NCBI GenBank assembly: GCA_951406725.2
Contig: OX597828.1
Coordinates: 48,484,001-48,548,000 of the forward strand
DNA: 64,000 bases
Direction of reading: 5' to 3'
DNA from: Octopus vulgaris
Taxonomy: Eukaryota
This document shows positions 56,231-64,000 of this stretch, in pieces (the stretch's first letter is position 1; each line of letters begins with the position of its first letter). Under the pieces are notes generated by a model that saw only the letters and a program-made list of their open reading frames with translations, had not been told where the DNA came from and ran no database searches. The translations under genes were made by a program, and so were the position numbers.

Positions 56231-57614
56231 ATATATGTATATATATATATGCGTGTGTGTGTGTATGCACGCGCTTGTGCGAGAGTGTATGTATGTGCAT
56301 TTATGTATGCGGGTGGTTCTGTAAGTGTTTATATGTTTGACGCACCGCCGCTGGTTAAACGAGTCATGTGACCGTGTTGTTCCATTAGTCGAACTAAACC
56401 ACCTTAGACACCTTTTGCGAAGTGGAATGAGATGAAGAAATCCGCCATGTTTATTTTAGATTACATCCATTTAGACAACGCACCAATAACCCGCCATTAA
56501 CACTGTGAATGGTTGGTCATAAGAGACAAGACTACAACAGGTCGTCTTATATACTCAGAGGACATTGGAGGTCGGCCATGTTGTATGTGATAAGTAGATT
56601 TATGTTAGTCGTATTAGGAGGAGGAAGAGGAGGAGGGAAAGGAAGAAAAAAAGGTGAAAGAGGTGGGGTGGCGGTAGAGGAAGAGGAGGAAGGGGGAAAG
56701 AGGCGGAGAGGAGGAAAAGGAAGGAGAGGCGGAAGAGAAAGAGGAAAAAGAGGAGGAGGAAGGGGAAGAAGAGGAGGAGAAAGAGGAAGAAGAGGTGGAG
56801 AGGAAAAAGAGAAAGAAGGAGAGGTGGAATGGAGGCAGAGGAATGGAAAGAAGAGCAGCCAGGGGTGGAGGATAAAGAGGAGTAAGAAAAGTGAAAGGAG
56901 AAAAGGAGGAAGAAGAGAGAGTAGAGGTGGAAAGGGAGGGAAGTGAGAAGAGAGGGAGGAAAAAGGAGAGGAGAAGTATGAGGAGGCGGGGAAGTGGAGG
57001 AGAAGAAAAAGAAGAATTCGAAGAAGGAGAAATGACTCAAAATATACCAGGTAAAACGTGAAATTAACTTTTGGTGATATATAATTGTTGAGAACATCAG
57101 GAACTAAATCTAAATTTTAGTCAATTAGAAAACTTTGATGATAAAATACAATGGTGATCCACCCGAAGAATATTGATTTCAAATTTTGACACAGGGTCAG
57201 CAATTTAGGAAGAGTAAGTCGGTTACATCGACCCTCAATGCTCAACTGGTACTTATTTTATCGCTCTTCGAAACGATGAAAGGTAAAGTTGACCTCGGCG
57301 GAATTTGAACTATGAACATTAAAGCCGGTTAAAATGCCGCTAAGCTGCTATTTGCTGGCATGCTAACGATTCAGCAAGCTCACCGCTTAAACACCGAAAG
57401 AATATTGGTTTTCAAATTTTTGGCGTATGGCCTGAAAGTTTGGGGGACCCCAGTGCTCAGCTGGTATTTATTTTATCAATCCCCAAGGATAAAAAGCAAA
57501 GGCAATCTCGGCGGAATTTGAACTCAGAACGTAAAGATGGACACAATGTCGCTAAGCATTTTGCCCAGCATGCCAAAGATTTTATCAGTTTGCTGCCTTA
57601 CACCCAGAGAATAT

Positions 57615-58770
57615 TAACAACGAAATAATGCTAGTTAATTCTTGCTCATTCAAAGAATGCTGGGAACTTCGAAATATTCATGACGAATTCTTACCGGTAC
57701 AAAGAATACGGGGGAATGTCGAAATAATGCTGGCTAATTCTTATTCTCCCCAAGAATGTTGGGAACGTCTTCAAAATTGGTAATTAAATTTTAATCGCCC
57801 AAACCTTACATAATAAGCTGCATTAGTGCTAATCACTAAAACTTGAGAAATTCGAAACATTGTGGACCAATTCCTAATCACGCTCCGTTAATTAATTGAG
57901 TCGAAGTAATGTTATCCAATTCTTAATTGCCTAAAATTACTCGAAAACGTCAAAAAAATTAACGATGATTATGGGCGGAGGCGTGGCTGCATGGTATGAA
58001 GTTTGCTTCCAGACCACATGGCTGCGAGTTCTGTCCCCCTGTGTGACGCCTGGAGCAGGTGTCTTCTACTGTAGCCTCTACGATCAAAGCCTTGTAGTGG
58101 ATTTGGGTAGACGGAAACTTATACATGTATGTGTGTGTGTGTGTGTGTCTTTGTCCCTGTGTTTGTCCCACCCAACACGTGAGAACCAGTCCCCGTAGCC
58201 TAGGGGTTCGACAAAAGAGACCGATAGAATATATTCTAGGCTTCAAATAAACAAGTGTCGGGGTCGATTCTTTCGACTAAATTCTTCAAGGCGGTGCCCC
58301 AGTATGGCCGCAGCCTAATGACTAACAAATAAAAAAAAAGAATTATTCTTAATCCCCAGAAATTCGAAGGAATGGTGACTAATTCTCACCCCACTCCCAA
58401 ATGATATCGAGAAAATAGAAATAACTGTAGCAAATTCTTGCTTACCGAAAGAATTTTGAGAAAGTTGAACTCACGGTGGAAAAAAAAAGCCATTTTTATT
58501 CATCAGAAAATATCGCGAACGTCAAAGTAATAGTAAGCACTAAATACTTACCGAAAGTGTTCTGAGAAATGTTGAAACAGTGGTGGTTAATTCTTACACG
58601 CCCAAATAATACTGAGAGCGGCGAAGCTATGGTGGAACACAAATAATATTGGGCAAGTCTAAATAATGCTGCCAAATTCTTGCTCACGCTATAAATTCTC
58701 AGGAAGTTGAAAAAATGGTGAAAAAAACATTTTCTTCATCTAAAATGACTGCGAAAATCGAAATAATGGC
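57615..58770. repeat. Old degenerate tandem repeat (about 45-50-bp unit) interrupted by a SINE
   Basis: Recurrent gaaataatgctg..aattctt..tc.cc.aaagaat..tg.gaa.gtc. Confidence 0.6.
57973..58330 (+). mobile_element. Diverged SINE family A
   Basis: Degenerate head and body. Confidence 0.7.
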
Positions 58771-58784
58771 GGCGGTGGCGGTAA

Positions 58785-58815
<31 letters not shown>

Positions 58816-58885
58816 GGTGGTGGTGGTGGTGGTGGTGGTGGTGGTAGTAGTAGTAGTGGTGGTGGTGGTGGTGGTGGTGGTGGTG

Positions 58886-58926
<41 letters not shown>

Positions 58927-58936
58927 TGTGGTGGTG

Positions 58937-58992
<56 letters not shown>

Positions 58993-59081
58993 GGTAGTAG
59001 TTGTAGTAGTAGTAGTAGTAGTAGTAGTGGTCGTCGTCGTCTAGTAGTAGTAGTAGTAGTAGTAGTGGTCGTCGTCGTAGC

Positions 59082-59142
<61 letters not shown>

Positions 59143-59565
59143 ATGTGGCAGCATGCGCCGCAACAGAACCTCGTCGCTTATACCATTTGTTGGTGATTCC
59201 TTACTTTTGACACTCAAGCGACAACCCTCCAACCCATGGGTCTGTTTTGGGGGTAGTCGTTGCTGGTGAGGGTTTTATGAGGTCGGAGTGAAAATCCTAC
59301 CTCAATATTTTTTCAGTCGCCTTTTACGACACGCATAAGAAATGTTGGGTCAATTCTTTGATATGCTGGTCCCCACAAAGCACTAGATCAACGTGGAATG
59401 CAGTGTTTTGCTCAAGAAAACAACACGCCGTCCAGTCCGGGAATAGAACCCACGATCGGCAGATCGTGAGTGCAACATCCTAACCACTAGGTCACGCGTG
59501 GTGGTAAATTTCAACCCAAAGAATTAAGTTAAATTTGAAAGAATGGAGACGAATTCTTTACTCAC

Positions 59566-59698
59566 CCAAAACACATTGATTCACTTGAGCACCATTTGTT
59601 GAACAAGTAGAGAATCGGTTGAGCCGGACAAAGAGTTTGGTTAACTTCAGAATTGCGAATGGCATCGTAACAGGAGAGGCGCAAAGGTTTTTTTATTT
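59566..59698 (-). CDS. Internal exon (133 bp, phase 1-2) of the ADAMTS-like gene, C-terminal half of a divergent TSP1
   Basis: ttcttag|AA ATA...TTT GG|gtgagt. IKKPLRLSCYDAIRNSEVNQTLCPAQPILYLFNKWCSSESMCF(G). The phase 2 end matches the phase 2 start at 46602. Confidence 0.8.
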
Positions 59699-60049
59699 CT
59701 AAGAAGTAACAAAAGTAAAAGTAATGTCAGAAAGGCACGTATACAAAACGAGACATATGTGCATACATTCACGCGTACATATTATATATATATATATATA
59801 GTGTAATAAATAAAATATATGCATACATACAAACATATATGTACGTGCCTACATCCACATGTATATATACATGCATATATAAATATATATACGTGAGTAC
59901 AGGACACCACAAATAGACGTAGAACTCAACGAGAAACGAAAACGGAAAAGCCATTTTTTTACAACAGAAAAACAGAGACGTGGAACTGGACGAGAAACGA
60001 AAACGGGAAAAACATTTTTTTACAACAGAAAAACAGAGTACAGGACATG

Positions 60050-60089
<40 letters not shown>

Positions 60090-60130
60090 GCATACATAGA
60101 TATATATTATTTAATAAACACAATATATGA

Positions 60131-60219
60131 TTTCATGCTATTAGTTTCATGCGATGAAAGCATCTCAGACAGCATTTTTTAACACGTCTGGTACCCTAGC
60201 GCAATCTTCAGGCTGTGAA
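60131..60219 (-). ncRNA. Degenerate hammerhead-like motif (other degenerate candidates: 16105-16158 +, 16719-16812 +, 36151-36241 +)
   Basis: Reverse complement: CTGAAGA ttgcg...cgcat GAAA ctaatag CA. The cleavage-site U is replaced. Confidence 0.35.
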
Positions 60220-60484
60220 CGGTACACTATACATATATATATATATATTAGCACACTCATATATATACACATATAAATGTTATAAATGTAATACATATAA
60301 ACATAAGTATTAGCCAACTGGCTGAGTCATTAAAGCATCAGAGAGATTGCTCTGAAGTAACTGTTACGGCTCTCCATGCCCTGAGTTCGAATCCCGTAGA
60401 GGTTAATTTTACCTTTCATTCCTTCTGGGTCAATAAATAAAGTACCAGTTCTGTAGGTCGAGTCTCTTCTTTACCGCCCTTTAC

Positions 60485-60624
60485 CTTTCTCTTTGTGTCT
60501 GGGTTTCTTCTTTTTGGAAGAAGTCGGTTGTGAATAGTCCTGGACAGGGATGAGCATCACACTATTTAAATACGATGAAGACATGTTGTAAGTCACAACG
60601 GCCTTCCAGCGACCCATCAAGAAG
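60485..60624 (-). CDS. Probable internal exon (140 bp, phase 2-1) of the ADAMTS-like gene
   Basis: ttcctcag|C TTC...AAA G|gtaaag. FLMGRWKAVVTYNMSSSYLNSVMLIPVQDYSQPTSSKKKKPRHKEK. The phase 1 end fits the 59698 exon, and FxxGxW resembles a TSP1 start. Confidence 0.6.
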
Positions 60625-60827
60625 CTGAGGAAGTCGACAAAGCAAAGCAGTGTGTGTGTGTGGGGGGGGTACGTAAAGACAAACACAAAGTATTAACAGT
60701 CCTGGAAGTTCAAAATTTGGCAAATATATTACTGCTTTAATGGTTGTGAGTTGGAAAATAGTGCTCATTGAGAATGATTCACACACGCTCATTGACGATC
60801 GTGCGCGCGCACACACACACACACACA

Positions 60828-60890
<63 letters not shown>

Positions 60891-61597
60891 GCACTTTGCA
60901 CGCTCCGATTAACTCAGCATCAAATTAACATGGCACAGCTCTCGAATCAGCAGTTTATACGTAAAATGCTTCCAGATCTCGAAAAATGCGTCACCCAACC
61001 TCGATTAGTACGATACTATTTCAACATGCCGTATGGAAAATTGATCTAGTGTGTTCTCAGACGTCAAATTAGCCACCTATTATGTGTTGATAAATGCGGT
61101 GTCATTGTACGTGTTGTGTTTCCTGGTATGAATTATGTTGCTCTATTCCACCGATATACAATATCCTGATGTAACTAACCTCAATAACAAGAGATCAAAG
61201 AAAAAAAGACCGACAAGAAAAGTTCTGGTTTTAAGGAGAAAATTTAAAAAAGATGTTAACTCTTAATGACAAGTTGTTGACTAGAAAAACAAATATAAAT
61301 GAGGCGACAAGAAAATGAAAGAAAAAATTTAGCGAGACTTGTGGGGTGAATGAAACATCAGTAAAAAGAATTATTAGAAAAATAGGTAAGTGTAGAGACA
61401 CAAGAATGGCTTTGTGGTAAGATGTTTGGTTCCCAACCATATGGTTTCGGTTTCAGTTCATTTACCTACCTTGAGCAAATGTATTCTACAACAGCCACAG
61501 GCCGACCAGAGCCTTATGAGTGGAATGGATTGATGGAAACTATGTATGTATGTATGTATGTATGTATGTATGTATGTATGCATATATGTATGTATAA

Positions 61598-62425
61598 TAG
61601 GGGTTGTAAAAAATTAATTGATGAAAAATTAATTGCAATATATTATTGGTCCTATTAATTGATTGGAGTCGTACTGCTAATTAAATAATTGATTGTTATC
61701 ATATCAATTAATTGCAACATTGTCAGCGAAAATTGTTCAAATGGTTCATACTTCATTCAACGTTCAATTGGCAAATACAGCGTTCTATTATTATTTGAGG
61801 TGTTGAGTTGACGCTTTGTTCCGACTGCTGAGAATGATACACATTCTATCAGGCTTAGGAATTGGCTATTGTGTATGTTGTCAAATAACCACTGTCGAGT
61901 GTTGACGCTTGGTTAGGACTGCCGAGAATGATTCACACATTCTGTTTTGTCTGGGAATTGGCTATTGTTTATGTTGTCAAATAATCGCTATCAAGTGATT
62001 CAAGTGATTCTTTCTGCGATAAAGATCTACTTTCAAAAATCTGCAATCGTTCATGACCTTTTGCTATACAAGAATATGTTAATTGTGCTACTCGTTTGAG
62101 AAACTCTTTCAATTAAAGACCATCAATCTATTTGTTTTTCAACTTCTGTACAATGTAGAGTATACATGTTGTTTGTTCTCTATTCTAAATCAATAAAATT
62201 TAACTTTTTTCTGATAATAAAGTTTTTTGAAACTATAAGACGTGCATTTTATTTTGGATCTTATCTAAATCGAAACTAACTCTCCAAAATATATGGTGGT
62301 TTTACGTTCGGCAAAATAATTGACAATTAATTGTAATTAATTGCAATAACTGATTGGCCTGTATCCCAATTAAAATTAATTGATTGCTTGAAAAATGATT
62401 GATTGGAAAGGTTCCAGTCAATTAT
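61598..62425. mobile_element. Probable DNA-transposon relic (hAT-like) with clustered TTAATTG subterminal motifs
   Basis: Starts taggggttg. ttaattg motifs repeat at both ends, and there is an internal tandem duplication (about 61800-61895 / 61900-61990). Confidence 0.35.
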
Positions 62426-62659
62426 TTAAATCTTTAAAGCGGTACCCCAGCATGGCCGCGGTTTCAATGATCGAAACAAGTAAAAGATAAAACATATAAT
62501 GGCGAAGCTGCACCAATTTCGTATTCGCAAACAAGCAACAGAAGTAGTTTCATTATTGATTTTTGTCTGTGGATGGAAGATTACACCCAACATTGAATTC
62601 CTCTCGGCATCATGGCTATTACAAAGTGCTTTCCAGAAGTTTTCAGATTTATTCAGTAG

Positions 62660-62881
62660 AGACGTCTATTAATTTCAAAGAACTACGAAACCAATCTCCT
62701 TTAAAATAGCGCTCCAAAGAATTCGTAAACGCACCATGGGAGTCCTCCATAGTGAAACTGTCCAGGACTCTTGGCACGGCTTCTACAGCTCAGTGTCTTC
62801 AAGACGGCTGTCCCCGAGGTTCTCCTTCAGTTTGGAGAACAATCAAAGGTCAAATGGAGCAAGGCGTAGACCGTAGGGAGA
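62660..62881 (-). mobile_element. Mariner transposase C-terminal fragment
   Basis: PYGLRLAPFDL*LFSKLKENL...EAVPRVLDSFTMEDSHGAFTNSLERY resembles the PYSPDLAPxDFxLFxKLK region. Confidence 0.7.
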
Positions 62882-62894
62882 GTGAGGGACAGTC

Positions 62895-63380
<486 letters not shown>

Positions 63381-63576
63381 TTGATGAGTGAGGAACGGAA
63401 AGACAGAATGTCTGTATAATTGGCGAAAATTTGAGAGAAGACGCACAGACATTAGTAATATCTCGATAGGAAAATATTCAGCGCAGATAAAACGGGCCGG
63501 TTCTCCGAATATACCTAAAACGAAAATATTAACTATACATATTTGTCCACTCGCTTGTACAGTTGCGGCCAAAGTG

Positions 63577-64000
63577 TTCAGAACGGCATTGTCTTCGTCA
63601 GAAAAGTAGGTATAATTTTTTATCAAAGTTGTTTTATATTCTATAATTTTTACAGACAATAAATACGATATTTGTTATTGTCTGAGATTTTGGTGTAATT
63701 TGAGTGGATAAAACTAAAGTTATGGATGATTTAGTGATTTATTGCAAAACCCATGGCGGCCAAAATGATCAGAACGGTTGCCTTTACTACATGTTTTAGT
63801 ATATTTAACCAGCGAACTCTAATGTTTTGAATTTGTTTACTATATCATCTATAACTTTTGTATTATCCACTCAAATTACGTCAAAATCTCAGACAATACC
63901 AGTAAATATGGTATTTATTGTCTGTGAAAATTATAGAATATAAAACAACTTTGATAATAACTTATACCTACTTTTCTGACGAAAACAATGCCGTTCTGAA
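63577..64000. mobile_element. Long inverted-repeat (fold-back/MITE) element running off the window end
   Basis: 63577-63737 is the reverse complement of about 63838-64000 (ttcagaacggcattgtcttcgtcagaaaagtaggtataa... / ...ttatacctacttttctgacgaaaacaatgccgttctgaa). Confidence 0.8.

Overview
Eukaryotic, AT-rich genomic DNA dense in microsatellites and SINEs. The repeat families and (TA)n/(CA)n/(AAT)n load look like Octopus (coleoid cephalopod); this is recognition, not a database result. Nearly all ORFs in the supplied track are simple-repeat artefacts. One host gene can be rebuilt on the minus strand from six phase-compatible GT-AG exons (60485-60624, 59566-59698, 46383-46602, 43450-44274, 27372-27563, 26058-26205). 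They encode TSP1 repeats, an Ig-like domain and three more TSP1 repeats, i.e. the C-terminal half of an ADAMTS-like/punctin (MADD-4/ADAMTSL1/3-type) matrix protein. The 5' exons and the expected PLAC exon were not found. The rest is a mosaic of tRNA-derived SINEs, Penelope-like (PLE) fragments, Dong/R4-like and CR1 LINE 3' ends, Tc1/mariner relics, MITEs and minisatellites. The most striking hidden signal is about a dozen type I hammerhead-ribozyme motifs (CUGANGA - stem II - GAAA - palindromic stem III - NUH), several with intact cores. They sit in inverted, fold-back or tandem PLE/retrozyme-like units, including one composite of GIY-YIG end, tRNA-like Pol III promoter and hammerhead. Folds were deduced by eye, and repeat boundaries are approximate.
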